A DNA stretch of 64,000 bases from NCBI GenBank assembly GCA_031835245.2, contig JAVKOQ020000014.1, positions 310,001 to 374,000 on the forward strand, in the 5' to 3' direction. Position numbers and translations under genes: made by a program. The notes beneath the pieces are model-generated. The model was not told the origin of the DNA. It did not search any database and saw only the letters and a program-made list of their open reading frames with translations. This document shows positions 1-13,400 of this stretch, piece after piece; the first letter of the stretch is position 1; every line of letters begins with the position of its first letter. This DNA comes from Balamuthia mandrillaris. Taxonomy: Eukaryota.

Positions 1-109
1 AGGGGCAAGCAAAGCGTGGACGATTGTTATGAATGATGGCGGTAATGCGTCTTCGTCAGGAGGTGATGGTGCCTCTTCTTCGGTGGACCCAACGAATTAT
101 TGGACCATT

Positions 110-142
<33 letters not shown>

Positions 143-473
143 TGTTTGTTTTAGTATTTAACAAAAAGGCAACACAGTCCTTGTGTTGCAGGGCCGACTT
201 GTGGTATATGCCGCATGTTTTCTTGGCTTGTTTGTTTCCCACCGCTTGCTTTCCTCCCTCTCAAAATAACCTTCCCACTCGCACAAGGTAAAAGGCCGAG
301 TAGAGTGTTTTTCTATGTTCACGCTAAGCGGGAAAAAGAGTTCACGTTTTCTCAAGCGTGGAATTAAGAGACTGCCAAGTTTGCTTTCACTTCATGAAAC
401 TGCTTTCTCCCCTTTCCTTCTCCTTCTCCTTCTTCCGGCACACACGGCCTACTCCCAGAGGGATAATTATTAA

Positions 474-2127
474 ATGACGGAACGGAAACGCAACCGGTAC
501 CAGCTCAGGCCACCTGCCTGGGGCAGCCTTATCGACGATAGCGATGCCTCCGGCACCGACGAGGCCTACTCCCCCCTGCTCCTCTCTTCTCCTTCCTCTC
601 TCCCCTTCTCCTCTTCCCCTATACAAGCGACCACAGCGGGAGAAGAAGAACGGCCCCCAAAAACAGGTCGGTGGCGAAGAGTCCTGTCAGCAGCGAACAA
701 GCACAAATACATCCTCCTCTGGGTGGCGGCTTCCATCCTCACCAGCATGGCGCAGGAGGTGTGCTTGAAGCAAGTGGGCACAGCCATGCCCGACTTTCCC
801 TACTTCATCTTCTGGCTCAGTTCATGATCATTGGGGCATTGTCCACCTTGTCCGGCATATGCCTGGTCTTCTCCAACCCGCACGTGCCTGGCGTCATGCA
901 AGCCTTGCTCGGACCCGTTTGATTTTTCTCACTTGCCTCTTTGCTTTTTTCTTCTCTCTTCTCTTGCTGAGATCTTTATCCATTGCTTCTCCATGGCGCA
1001 GAGAGTGGTGACGGTACCGATGGCGATGGGGTGCTCTTTCTTGTTGCTCAAGTCCAGATATGCATGGAAGCAAGTGGGAGCGATGGTGCTCATCATGGCG
1101 GGTCTCTTCATTGCTCTCTGTCCCTCATTCTTTGGAACTGGGAACAGAGACACCGGAAACGTGGGGTGGAACTTTTGTTTCCTGTTTGGTTCTCTGCCGT
1201 TGACCATCGCCACGGTGTACCAAGAGAAAGTCTTTGTGGATGCGGTATGCTTTTCTTTGTTTCTTCCTTCTATATTTGTCTGCACTGCTTCTACGATGAC
1301 CTAAAACACGGATGCGGAACAAACATACAGCCCATACACATGGCCTTCATGTTGGCATGGATATGCTTCTACCAACTCGTGGCCGTCTTCATGACGTTTG
1401 CGGTGGACTGCATTCCCGGGTTCGGCAGCAGCACCTTCAACAACTTTGTTGAGTTTGTATATCTCGCTTTGTAGTTCTTCTCTTTAAAAACCGCCTCGGC
1501 TAACACATGAACAGACATCAAACGGCGGCCTTGAAATGTCTCTTCCACGGAGCGGTGGAACATTCGCACTGTCCCGGTTAGGATTCTTTATTCTGCACGT
1601 TTCCGCGTTCATCCTCTCTTTTCTCTCTTTAGTCTCTTTCTTTCTCTTTCTTTGTTGCTTCCTTCTCATACTCCTCTGCAATGTGAATATCAGAGTGTCA
1701 TTGCGACAGGGCATGGCTACCAATGCTACTCTTCATCATCGCTGGCATTCTCACCAACTTTGCCCAGCTGGGAGTGGTCAAATACGGCAACGCCACCTTT
1801 CTCTTCATCGTTTCCACTTTGACCCTGCCGCTCACCGAGTTTGCCTTCGCACTCAAGTTCATCATGGGAGAGGAGGAGACGGAATCCATCTCTCCATACA
1901 ACTATGGAGCATTGGCCGTTCTCCTCGTTGGAGTAACTCTCTATCAAGCATTTGACCGCTCACCTTTGCAGAAAGAAGCGAAGGGGAAGGAAGCGAGTGT
2001 GGAGATGGAAGAAGACAGAGATGGAGAGAAGAATCCAAAGGAAGTGATGATCACATCGGAGGAAGAGTGCGTGCACTTGACTGCATTGCCAGTGGATGTA
2101 GGCCGACCCAAGGAAACGTACACCTGA
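474..2127 (+). CDS. Chloroquine-resistance-transporter (CRT)-like membrane protein, multi-exon, with an apparent internal deletion/frameshift near 815-827
   Basis: Segments ILLWVAASILTSMAQEVCLKQVGTAMPDFPYFIF, FMIIGALSTLSGICLVFSNPHVPGVMQALL, VPMAMGCSFLLLKSRYAWKQVGAMVLIMAG, IATVYQEKVF and VVKYGNATFLFIVSTLTLPL follow the CRT/DMT-family order. GT-AG introns separate them. The frame breaks at TGA 825-827 with no intron there. Confidence 0.75.
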
Positions 2128-2346
2128 AGCAGGTGCCTATGAACGCAACCTCCACAGGGGAGCAAAGCGGCGGCGTGTATCGATAAATGCTTCGGCAAGT
2201 CTGTGATGCCTTTGTCTGAAAACCACGACGACACGGATAGGTAAGTCGACAATATCTTAATAAAATTCGTGTCGTCATTGAATCACTAGACACGATCCAG
2301 GACACGAGCCCCGACCCGGAGCAAGGAGTGAGGGCATGCGAGGTAA

Positions 2347-2520
2347 GGACAGGAGAGAGGTTAGGAGAGCACAGCAGAGGAGACAAGCAACAGACGCGAG
2401 CGATGACGTGAGAGAGGACATGAGAGAAGACAGGAGGGCACAGCTTAGCAGACATATAACAGATGCGAGCGATGACGTGAGAGAGGAAAGGAGAGAGGAT
2501 AGGAGAGAGGACAGGAGAGA
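2347..2520. repeat. Imperfect ~69-bp tandem duplication upstream of the Ac45-like gene
   Basis: CAGAYGCGAGCGATGACGTGAGAGAGGA starts at 2391 and at 2460. Confidence 0.7.
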
Positions 2521-2696
2521 CGAAGAAAAGGTGAAAAGACTTTTCTCCTTATTTTTGCTTGCGCCCCAAAAAAACAGGAGAGAGAGAGAGAGAGATTGAA
2601 GGAACACCCAATCCCATCCCACTTCAACACCCCTTTTCCTTCCTGCTTTCCAGAAGTAACAGTATATTTATTTTTTTATTTTGATTTGGCACAACG

Positions 2697-3958
2697 ATGA
2701 CACGAGGCACCACGACGATCCTCGCGGCGTCCACGCTGCTGCTTGCCGCGCTGTTCGTGTCCGTTGCGACCTGCGGCTCCGTTTTCCCTCCTCTTCCTTC
2801 TCCTTCTTTCCTTTGGGCTGGTCACACGTACCTTGCTTCCTTTCACCTTTCTCTTTTGTCTTCTTTCTGCCTATCTTCACTTTCTTTCATCTTTGATTTT
2901 TGATTTATTTTACTACTTTTTTTTTGATTAATCGATTTTATTTTATTTTATTTATTTTTAAAACCAAAAAAAAAGTTATTTCAATGGAGATGGTGTGGAA
3001 TGTGTTGACTCTGTGAACACTCAAAACTTGGCCGCGCTCATCTCCGCCGTTTTGCGGGCTGAACCTGCTCTACTTTCTGAATCGGTACGCTTCCCTCTCT
3101 CTCTCTCTTCTCTCTCTCCCTCTTTCCTCCACTCCTCCTCCGCATCTCTCTCTCTCTCTCTCTCTCTCCTCTCTCGCTCTCTCTCGCTCTTGTTTTCTCT
3201 TCACTGCTTCTCTTCGCGTTTCTCCTCTCCTCTCTACGCCCTTACACTGTGGCTATTCTCGTTCTTTGGGTGTCTCTTCTCTCCTCGGTCACTCTCTACA
3301 TGTTTTTCCTTCATACTCATGAAACGCCACCTCCTTTAAACAGAATCCCTTGAGTGGTTATGTGGCCAACAGCGCTCAGCAACCCGAGCTCGTTACCGTG
3401 TTCCTCCAGACCAAGCCTCAACTCTCTCACTCTGCCTACTCTCCTCTTAGGGTCTCTTCTCGCTCTTACTTCTTCTTTGTCATCTCTTATTGGCTCCATT
3501 CTTTCTCTTCTCGTTACTGTCTTCTACTTCCTCCCTCCACTTTCTTGCTCTTATATATTAATACGTTCTTACTTTTTATCTTTTTTTCTTTTGTAAATAC
3601 AGTCTTTGTTGGAAGGAGCTGCCTCTTCTGTCATTGCTCCGTACACTTATCATACCTCCACCTCTTCCTCGTTGAGCAGCCTTCTTCTCTCTAAACTGCC
3701 CTCCGCCGCTTCTGTTGTTGTGGCTGGTTTGGAAGAAGGTTATTGTCCTTTCTTTTTTTTCTGTTTTCTTCTTTGCTTTCTTTTTTTTCTGTTTTCTTCG
3801 TTTCCTTTCTTCTTTTTCTGTTTTCTTCGTTTCCTTTCTTCTTCATTATTTTTGTACCAAGTAACTAACAACAAAAAACCAAAGGCAACGATAAGCTGAA
3901 GGATGTCACTTACATAAAGTTGGAGGAGTCTTTGGTATGCGCTCTGCTAGTTTTTATT

Positions 3959-4014
<56 letters not shown>

Positions 4015-4046
4015 GTCGTTTCTTTCTTTCTTTCTTTCTTGTCGTT

Positions 4047-4078
<32 letters not shown>

Positions 4079-4312
4079 GTCGTTTCTTTCTTTCTTTCTT
4101 TCTTTCTTGTCGTTTCTTTCTTTCTTTCTTTCTTTCTTGTCGTTTCTTTCTTTCTTTCTTTCTTTCTTGTCGTTTCTTTCTTTCTTTCTTTCTTTCTTTC
4201 TTGTCGTTTCTTTCTTTCTTGTCGTTTCTTTCTTTCTTTCTTTCTTTCTTGTCTTTTCTTTCTTTTTGTCGTTTCTTTCTTTCTTTCTTGTCGTTTCTTT
4301 CTTTCTTTCTTG

Positions 4313-4355
<43 letters not shown>

Positions 4356-4413
4356 GTCGTTTCTTTTCTTGTCGTTTCTTTCTTTCTTTCTTTCTTTCTT
4401 CTTTCTTCTTTCT

Positions 4414-4503
<90 letters not shown>

Positions 4504-5279
4504 TGGCTGCCTTTGTTCTTTTTTTTTATCTTTTTTATCTCGTTTTTTTAACGAACTTTTTCTTCATAATCGAATTTTGTTCACCAAATAAACAGAACTA
4601 TTTGAGGCAACACACAGCCCTCTTCTCCAATGGACGTACCGATCTCCTCCTCGTCTTCCTCCACGATGAATGTGCGTCTCTACCTAGTACTTCTATATTT
4701 TTCTTGCTTTCTTTCTTTTGCTTTCTATCTTTATGCTCTTGTTTCTCGTTTTCTCTCATTCACTCTCTTCTTTCTTTGTTCGTATCTAATTTCTTTCTCT
4801 CTTGCGAAAACGTAGCTGTTTCATTTGTGGGTGAGTTGAATGGTTTGGTGAAGGAGGCTTCTTCCGGCAACTATCTCTCCGTCTTCAGCGCTGAGAACCC
4901 TATTGTCCCTCCTGTTCAGGTACTCTAGCGTTACTTTCGTCTCTCTCTCTCTCTCTCTCTCTCATTTACCTTTTATCTTTCTGTTCTCCCTCCTTCACTC
5001 CTTCTTTTCTCTTTGTCTTTGGTCTTTCTTCCTTTGCTCAACTCAAAATGAAAACAGAGCACAAGCTATCCCTCTCGCGCAGAGACCGAGGGAGAGGAGG
5101 AAGAACTGGAGGAGAGCCCCTACAGCGACATGGACTACTGGCCCGCCTCCGTTTGGGAGGGCCTCATCACCGCCGTCCTCTTGCTCTCCATCCTGTTCTT
5201 TGGGGTGTTCTGCACCTTCCGAGTGCAGGTGCCCGATGCCCTGGGCAAGCGTCCTCGTGAGTCGAAGAAGAACAACTAA
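2697..5279 (+). CDS. Signal-peptide type I membrane protein, V-ATPase accessory subunit S1/Ac45 (VOA1)-like, multi-exon
   Basis: Signal peptide MTRGTTTILAASTLLLAALFVSVATCG; internal SPLRSLLEGAASSVIAPY; C-terminal DYWPASVWEGLITAVLLLSILFFGVFCTFRVQVPD resembles the Ac45/VOA1 TM region. Stop TAA at 5277-5279. Confidence 0.6.
3955..4502 (+). repeat. Intronic (TTTC)n microsatellite with TTGTCGT interruptions
   Basis: Directly visible; lies in an intron of the Ac45-like gene. Confidence 0.95.
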
Positions 5280-5916
5280 CCAAGAAGAAGAGAAAGAAAA
5301 AGAAGAAGAAAGAGAGAAAGAAAAAATGTTTTTAGTTTTTTTTAAAAATAGAAAGAAAAAAAAAGGTTTTTCTTGAGTTATATATTAGTTCTTTTTGCAC
5401 GTTGTTGTTGCTGTTGGAGTAAGAACAAAGAAAAGAAGAATAAGAAAAACAGAAAAAAGAAAAAATAGAAAATAGAAAATAGAAAATAGAAAAGAAAAAA
5501 TAGACTAGAAAAAAGAAAAACAGAAAGAAAAATAAAAAATAAAACAGAAAAAAGAAAAAGAAAAAGAAAAATAGAAAAAAGAAAATAGAAAATAAATGAA
5601 AAAAGTGAAATAAAAAAAGAAAAATAAAAAAGAGAAAAGAAAAAAGAAAAAGAAAATAGCAAATAGAAAAGAAAAAATTGAAAAATAAAAGAAATAGAGA
5701 AAAGAAAAAAGAAAATGAGAAATGAAAAGAGAAAAATAAAAAATAAAATAGAAAAAAGAAAACAGAAAACAGAAATAGAAAAAGTATTCTTGATTTTAAA
5801 TATGATGCTATGTACACTCCTAAAAGCAATGCGACCCAAGATCGATGTTCTGGTACAAGCCTATCCACCAATGCACGGGTCAACACAGCAAACGTTTTTT
5901 TTTGTTTGAAAAATTG

Positions 5917-7614
5917 TTACGTGGCGGTTGGCATGACGCCACCCAACACCCCACCAACCACCAACAGCAACGCAACGAGCAGCAAGCACGACACCACGAT
6001 GCAAAGCTGTTTCTGTTGAAGAAGAAGAAGAAGAAGAAGAAGAGAAGAAGAAGAAGAAGAACAAGAACAAGAAGAACAAGAAGAAGAACAAGAAGAAGAA
6101 GAACAAGAACAAGAACAAGAACAAGAAGAAGAAACAAAACGGAGATGAGCAATGCAATGGAGAAGGAAAGAAAGAAAGGAAGCAGAGCAAAACCGAAGCA
6201 AACCTTTCGTGCCAAACATGTCGACTTCTCCACCTCCTCCAACGTGTCCGCAGCCTCCTTCATGTCCTCCTTGGCGGAGGCGACGTTCATCTCCACCTGC
6301 GACAGTTGTTCTTGTTGAGCGGTTAGCATGGCTTCCACATCACCAAACAGCTGGTTCAACTCAACTATTCTCCTCTCCAGCTCCTTCACGTCGTTGTGCT
6401 TGTCTTGGAGGAAGGAGAGGATGTGACCGGCGTCCTCCTCTCCTTTGCGGTCGCTCATGATTTGGGCTTGAAAGATGCGTTCTGCTGCCTTTGGGTCATT
6501 CTCCAGCAGTTCCGCTATTTGCTCTTCGTTTGCATCGGGTTGCACTGATGTTGTTGCAAGTCGTTAGTTGCAGAAGAACAAAGAAGAATGAGGAAGAACG
6601 AAGAAGAAGAATAAGAACAAGAAGAAGAAGAAGAAGAAGAAGAAGAAGAAGAAGAAGAAGAAGAACAAGAAGAAGAACAAGAAGAACAAGAACAACAAGA
6701 ACAACAGAAGAAGAACAAGAAGAAGAAGAAGAAGAAGAAGAACAAGAACAAGAAGAACAACAGAAGTAGAACAAGAAGAAGAACAACAAAAAAGCAAAAA
6801 AGCCTGGGGTGGATTCTGACCACCATCAACCCGGATGTAGTATGTAACATCCTGTTAGCGCATTTGCACCTGAGTAGACGGGACGGCTGATGTTGCCGCA
6901 CCAGGCTGAACGTTTCATGGCTCGCTTTGGCCTTCTTGAGGACCTTTATAGCCTCTTCCACTTTTTCTTTATGGGACACAGAATGTCCACAAAAACGGAA
7001 GGAAGAAGAAGAACAAAGAAGGAAGAAGAAGAAGAAGAAGAAGAAGAAGCAGCAGAAGAAGGAAGAAGGAAGAAGGAAGAAGGAAGAAGAAGAAGAAGAA
7101 GAAGAAGAAGAAGAAGAAGAAGAAAAAGAAGAACAAGAGCAAGAACAAGCTGAATACCTATTTGGATTTGTTGCAACATCAACTTTTTGTTTCTGGTCTC
7201 AGCCTCCTCCAGGACTTGTCTGTACTGCCTCGTCCACTCTTTAAACTGTTGCAACAAGGAGCCGTGAACGTTGACGCGAATGCGAAAGAGAGTGGAGGAG
7301 GTGTTGTGGCTGCTTCTTCGGAGGACATTGTTCTCCTGGTGCAGCCGTCGGAGCTCCAAGCTGACCCCTTTGGTCGCCTCGTCCAGTTCCGTTCGCAGTT
7401 GAGAAGCTTCTTTCTGAAGTTCTTTGCAGAGAAAAGTATTTGAGAAGGAGAGTGAGAGAGAGGGAGAGAGAGAGAGAGGGAGAGAGAGAGAGAGAGAGAG
7501 TGAACAAACCCTGGGGGGTTGGGAGGAGAACTCACTTCTATCAAGCGTTACCTCCCTTTTTCTTGTAACGCAATATAAGGAATAAGCCGATCTCATCCGA
7601 AGTTTTCTAGCCAT
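5917..7614 (-). CDS. Syntaxin (Qa-SNARE), multi-exon; 5' end uncertain or possibly degenerate
   Basis: Hc helix FRIRVNVHGSLLQQFKEWTRQY; SNARE motif LQDKHNDVKELERRIVELNQLFGDVEAMLTAQQEQLSQVEMNV; final exon TM KQLCIVVSCLLLVALLLVVGGVLG, stop at 5917. Confidence 0.85.
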
Positions 7615-8423
7615 TACTGGGCCACGTGCTCATCTTCACCCGTTCTCTCTGTGTTCTCTCTCTGGCCCTCTTGTAAAAGAGCGGATAAGAAAGAGAAAGC
7701 CACAAAAACAAACTGGACAACCAAAGAAAAATGAAAGGTTGCAAAGACCGGCCCCCTTGTTGTTGGTTTTGTATCGTGTTTACCTTGGAAGGAGAGCATG
7801 AACAAGAATGGAGAGAAAGAGACAAGCAATCTTCTGGCTCTCTGCCCTCTGACAACATTTTTTTGGGCTTCCTCTTCGCTATTCACCGCTTTTATCTCAG
7901 TCCCTTTGCTTCCCTTGGTGCCTATCAGCAGGAGTACAGCAAGCTGGCCGTTGCTTTGGCCAAGGGCACCACCGTTCCGCAAAAGCTGAGAGACCTCTTC
8001 TCCCAGGGTTCATGCGAATGCGTGTTCCAGGATATCCTCGACTCAACGGCACAAGAGCCAATCCCACTTTTAACACCTTCAGCAGCGTCCATGCATTCAT
8101 GCATACAGTCCGAAAGGAACAAGGTCGCTCTGTTTCGCGTCGTCGCGAGAGATTTGTGATCTTTTAAATCGAAAGCGCCAATCGAAAATCGAAAATCGAC
8201 GTCGACAAAAACTGGAAGTTGTTCGTCTCATGATCTTTGAAAAAAAATCAAAAATGCCAATCGTAAATCAAAGACAGATGTCGACAAGTTCAACCAATTC
8301 TTGTAGACGTTCGTGTCTTCACTTCTTTTGTTTCAGCCAAAAAGTATCGCGATCAGATTACATCGAAAAACACAAAATCTTCTTCACTCTCTCTTTCTCT
8401 CCAGCCCTCCCCCAAGAGCAACT

Positions 8424-10109
8424 ATGAGCGACGTGGTCAGCACTGAAAGGAGAGGGTGGTTGTGGTGGTGGCCCGCACGGACGCGCGGCGATTGGATCTG
8501 GCTCCTCTCCACTTTTGCCATCGGCACGTTGGGCCTGGGCGCCTTCCTGGCCTACCGCCGACGCGCCCTCCAAGCCGCCGCCAAAGGCAAAGGGCCGAAA
8601 CGCCCCTCTGAGCCGCTCATCTGGCGTTCGTTTTCTCTCTCTCTCTCTCTCTCTCTCTTGCTTTTGTTGATTTTTTTTTTTCCGATCAACAGCGACACCA
8701 GAAGAGGTGCGTGAGTATGAACAGATTTTGTTTTCTGACGACAGAGCGCTGCAGTCGGAGGGCCTCAAAACTATTTATCAACAAACCACCTCTCGTATGA
8801 TATTTCTCTATTTCTTGCCTGTTCCTTCCTTCGCACTGACCTTCTTCTTTGCACCCTGTTCTTTGTTCTGTGTGCTTCTCCTCTCTTCTTCTCACTTCAC
8901 TCTTCTCTTCTGCTCTCGTTCGTTCGTTCTCTCTTCACTCCGCACTCTTCTCTTCGCTCTTCTCCCGTTCTCTTCTCGTGCTCTCTCCTCTCTTCGCTTC
9001 TTACTCTTCTCCTTCACTGTGCCTCACACTTCTTCTCTGCTTTTGGCTTTCTCTTTTTCTACTTTCCTTCTCTCCTACTCTCTTTCTCTTTTATCATCAA
9101 CCAACACTAAAACAAACCAACAAAAAAAAAAGGCCTAACACACGACAACGTTCGCGAGAACGGCCTTCTCGATGTGCTCATTCGCTTCTTGGCGACCTTT
9201 CCTGAACCTCTTCTCATGCTAACGACCTCCGCGCTGACCAACCTCTCCGTCAACGAGGAGAACTGCCGCGCTATGGCTCAGGGCAACGCCATCTCTCTCC
9301 TTCTGGACCTGCTCAACGATGCGAGAAGCAGCGCCAAGCTAAGAGAGAACGTGCTTCGCGCGATGACCAACTTGGCGACCGTTAGAGAGAACGAGGATAG
9401 GATAAGGGAGGCCGGAGCGTTGCCCCATTTGTTGGCGTTGTTTGAGGAGGGGCAGGAGAGAGAGGTCCCTCAGGAGGTTCTGTTTCAGGCCTCTCGTGTT
9501 TTGGTGAATCTTATTGATAATGGTTTGCTTCCTCTTGTCAACATTCATCCTTTGCTCTCTCTAATATTCTATTATACTTAACACAAATAGAGAAGAATTA
9601 TACCGTGATACTGGAGAATAACGGGCTGGAGCACACCATCCGATACTTGCACAGCACGGAGGACATTGAGTTTCTTCGTCGCCTCGTTCGGCTGCTCGGT
9701 TGTTTTGCTCTTCCTGCTGATGGTACCTTTCCCTTCTTTTCTTGGCTTCTTTGTTTTTTCCTTCCTCTTTGTAACCTTGAAATAACATTAAACAGCACCA
9801 ACCTACAATCGTATCGCAACGGCGGAGAACGCCGAACGCCTGGCCGCCATCTTCCAAAAACACCAAGCAGAAGGGGACGACCGGATCGACCACATCCTTT
9901 TGGCCATCGCCAAGATAGTGGGAGAGCAACACGCAAACGACAAAGCGAAACAAGATAAGCTGCGAGAGTTTCAAACTGCATTTACCAGCGATGAGAGAGG
10001 CCTGGCGGCCATCTTCTCGTTTTTGACGGATGAGAACGCTCAGCGACGAAACTGTGCGAAAGCGGTTTTGCATGACTTGGTTCGAAACAATGGTACTATT
10101 CTCTCTTCT

Positions 10110-10147
<38 letters not shown>

Positions 10148-10430
10148 CGTTCTTTTGCTGACTTTTAGTCTTGTTATTGATAAAGCGGAAGCATTGGAGA
10201 GCTTGAGGGAGGTGGCCAACGCAGCGGTCGCCAACAACATCTCCGCCGCGCAGCAAGAGGCGCTGGCGCGGTGTCTCGCCGTCGCCGAAGAGGAACTACG
10301 AAAAGCAAACAAATCGACGGAAGCAGGCCAAGCACAAAAGAGCGGCGAAGAAGAAGAAGAACAAAAGAACGAAGACCAAGACGCGGATGTCGGCAGAGAA
10401 GACGACGGAGAAGAGAAAGCGGAACAATAA
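8424..10430 (+). CDS. Armadillo-repeat protein with N-terminal membrane anchor
   Basis: TM WIWLLSTFAIGTLGLGAFLAY followed by RRR; ARM motifs SALTNLSVNEENCRAMAQGNAISLLLDLL and RAMTNLATVRENEDRIREAGALPHLLAL; GT-AG introns. Confidence 0.8.
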
Positions 10431-10478
10431 ATAAATACATTTTTTTTAAAAAAAAATACAAGGGAATAAGTTTTTTTT

Positions 10479-13400
10479 TTAAGTTGGCTTATTATGCACT
10501 TTAGCTCTTTGCCACTGGCCCTGCTTGTTGTCAGCGTTGCTGGTTGGGGTGGGTCTGCGCGTCGCTTTCGTCCAACCCGTTGTTGGCGTTGTGGCTTCTC
10601 CTCTCTCTTTCTTGTGTTCTTCTGCGTCCTTCGCGGGTTGTTGTAGCAAAGGGGATTCGGGGAGACTAACGGTGGCGCGAAGTCCGAGTCGCATCTCGGC
10701 TTGTTTCTGGAATGAGCTTTTTCTTGTGGAGACCCATCCCCCTCCTCTTCTTCCTTCCTCTTTTCTTTCTTCTTCGTTCCTCTCTTCTTTCGTTGTTGTT
10801 GCTGTCGTCGTCGAGGATGCTCGTTCTTCTTTCGTTGTTAAATGTTGAGCTTCTTTCTCTTTCTCTTTCTCTTTTTCTGTTTCTTTTTCTGTTTCTGTTT
10901 CTGTTTCTTTTTCTTCTTCTTTTGTTTTCTCGATGTCTTCGTGAGGAGAGAGGTGAACTTTGTTGGTGGACGATTTCTCGCTGAGGCTTCTCTGCTTCTT
11001 CTTCATCTTTGGCCATCCTTCCTCCTCAACGAGAGAGTTCGTTTGCAACTTGACTGTCGTAGGAGACTTGGCAATCCATGTGTTCCCTCTTCTCGACTCT
11101 TTTCCCTCCTTTTTCGCTTTGGCTTGCTCCTCCTCCGTCGCGTTTTCTTCTCTTTCTTCCTCATCGTCAGAAATATCGTCCCTCGTCATTATCGTTCTCA
11201 CTGTCGCTCTCTTCCACGCAATGTTTTTTGGAGCAGAAGGAGATGATGTTAATGTTGATGACGTTTTGACTTCTACTGGTTCTTCTTTCTTGCTTCCTCT
11301 TTTAGAAGGAGCAACAAAAGAGAGCGTTTTTATCGTGTTGTTTTGAGTTAATAGTTCCTGTCGGAAGCGTTGCAGCTTGATGGAATAACTGCGAGAGAAG
11401 CTCGCAAAGGAAATGCTGTTCCAACCTTCGGCTTCTTCAAGATCTTCCCAGTTTTCTTCACCGCTGCCACCATCTTCTCTTGAAGCTGTGAATTGCACTG
11501 TTCTTTCTTCTACTTCTTCTTGTTCTTCCTTCTTTCCTGTCATCGTTTCTGCTTTGTCGGCTTCTTCTCTTTCTGCCTCTTTGTGTATTTGTAGTTTCGT
11601 TTCAGTTTCGAGCTCTTTCTCGCTTTGCGCCTCTTCGTCTCTCTCGCTGTACTTTTTATCTGTTGTTATTACTTCTGAAACTTTCTCATTCTTGTTGTCT
11701 TGTTTTGTATTGTTGTTTGTCATCTTAAGATTTAAGCTTTGAGCTTTTCTCTTTCGATTGGCCTCCTCCGTCGTTGCATCCAACCACAGCAACGACTTTG
11801 ACGTAGATGAAGCGAAACAAGAAGCCCTTCTGTCCTCCAGCTTTTCTGCTCGTCTTATTCTCCTCACATCTTCATTGATTTGATGCGGACTAAAGAAGGA
11901 AGAAGTAGAAGGCGAAGGCGAAGGCGAAGAAGACGAAGTAGCGACGAGAATTCCTCCGTTGGCTACTACTGCCGCATTGAGCAACGAAGCAGATAAGCTC
12001 TTCTCCAATGCTTTTGTTTGGTTGACGTTCTGATCATAGTTAACATGTCTTCTTCCCGTCGAAGTAACCTCCTCGCCAAAGTACTTTTGGAAGATGCGAT
12101 CGATGGTCTCCACTATCTCCACGAAAGGAGGTCTCTTGGAAGGGTCATCCTGCCAACAACGTTGAATGAGATCCGCAAACTCTGGCAGACATTCTTTGGG
12201 GATGTCCTCTCTCTCTCCGTTGCAAATTTTAGCTTCAATGTGATGCGACCAGCGAAGATGGCCAAAGAACCGACGTTTGGAGACGACCTCCCAACAGATG
12301 ATGCCAAAGCTGTAGACATCCGCTTTGGGGCCGTACTCTTCAGAGCGCATTACTTCTGGTGCTAACCACACTGTTTGTTTTGAGAAAAAAAATTAGAAAC
12401 AAAGAAAAAAAAAAGCAAAAACGATAAAAATACAAACCAGGACAATCTACACGTCTTGCCGCTCTTCCAGTTGTTCCACTGGTCAAAGAAATGCCAAAAT
12501 CCGATACTTTGGCCACCACAGCAGAATCCTCCGACAGGTCATTCAACAGGATGTTCGGGCTCTTAAGATCTCTATGCATGATAGGCGGAGTGGCCGAGTG
12601 CATAAATGCGCAAGCCTTGGCGATATCTTTCACGATCTTCAGACGAAGCGGCCAAGTCAAAACTTTGCTGCGCTCCTCGTCGTGGAGAAACTCAAAGAGA
12701 GAGCCGTTGGGCATGTACTCGGTGACAATACAGGGAGGCTCCATGCAGAAGCCCTTTAGGGAGACGGTGTTGGGATGCTGCAGCCAGCTCATGATCCAAA
12801 TCTCCTGTCGAAAGTCGTCCAGGGTGGAGGAGGAAGAAGTGGAGGAGGAAGAAGATGTCGTCATTATGGTGTTATCGAATGGAGAGAAAGGAACTCCGGA
12901 TGCAGCTATGGAAGAAGATAGAGAAGGGATGTTTGTTGGTTCAGACGGCGAAGAAGTGATCATCGTCGAGTCTTCTATTTTCAGCTTCTTGATGGCGACC
13001 GTGTCCCAAACAACTAAACTTCCTTCATTCGAGCTGTTGTTGCGAAGCCATTTGCCTTTGTACACTTTGGCAAAAGCTCCTTCTCCCACAACTTCCTCCA
13101 ACACCAACTCGGAAAACTCGATCTTGTGCTCTCGAAGGTGCAACATGGCTGCGTCCGGCACCAACTGATCCACTCTCACCACCGAAGGCCCTTCTTGCGA
13201 CGATGGAGATGATTCACGTTTGTAGCAAAGAAAGTAAGGAATGCCGGTAGTAGCGATGACTTGCTGACAGGTGCGAAGAGGGAAGAGAGAAGGTACTGCA
13301 AAGCCTCTTTGAAGGCAATGCGTGCAAGGCACCCACACTCTTGCCTTCAGGCAGTACCATTCCTTGATGAGCGTGTCCATAGCTGAAAAAATGAGAATCG

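Noticed and set aside
825..827. TGA as selenocysteine or readthrough in the CRT-like gene
   Set aside because: Homology continues in a different frame, so readthrough would not restore the protein.
3920..4928. Long F/L/S-rich ORFs (also 5332-5886, 31002-31827, 40281-40882)
   Set aside because: They are translations of microsatellites or low-complexity tracts that lack stop codons.
7700..8160. Separate gene upstream of the syntaxin
   Set aside because: No frame gives a recognisable protein; it may be UTR or decayed exons.
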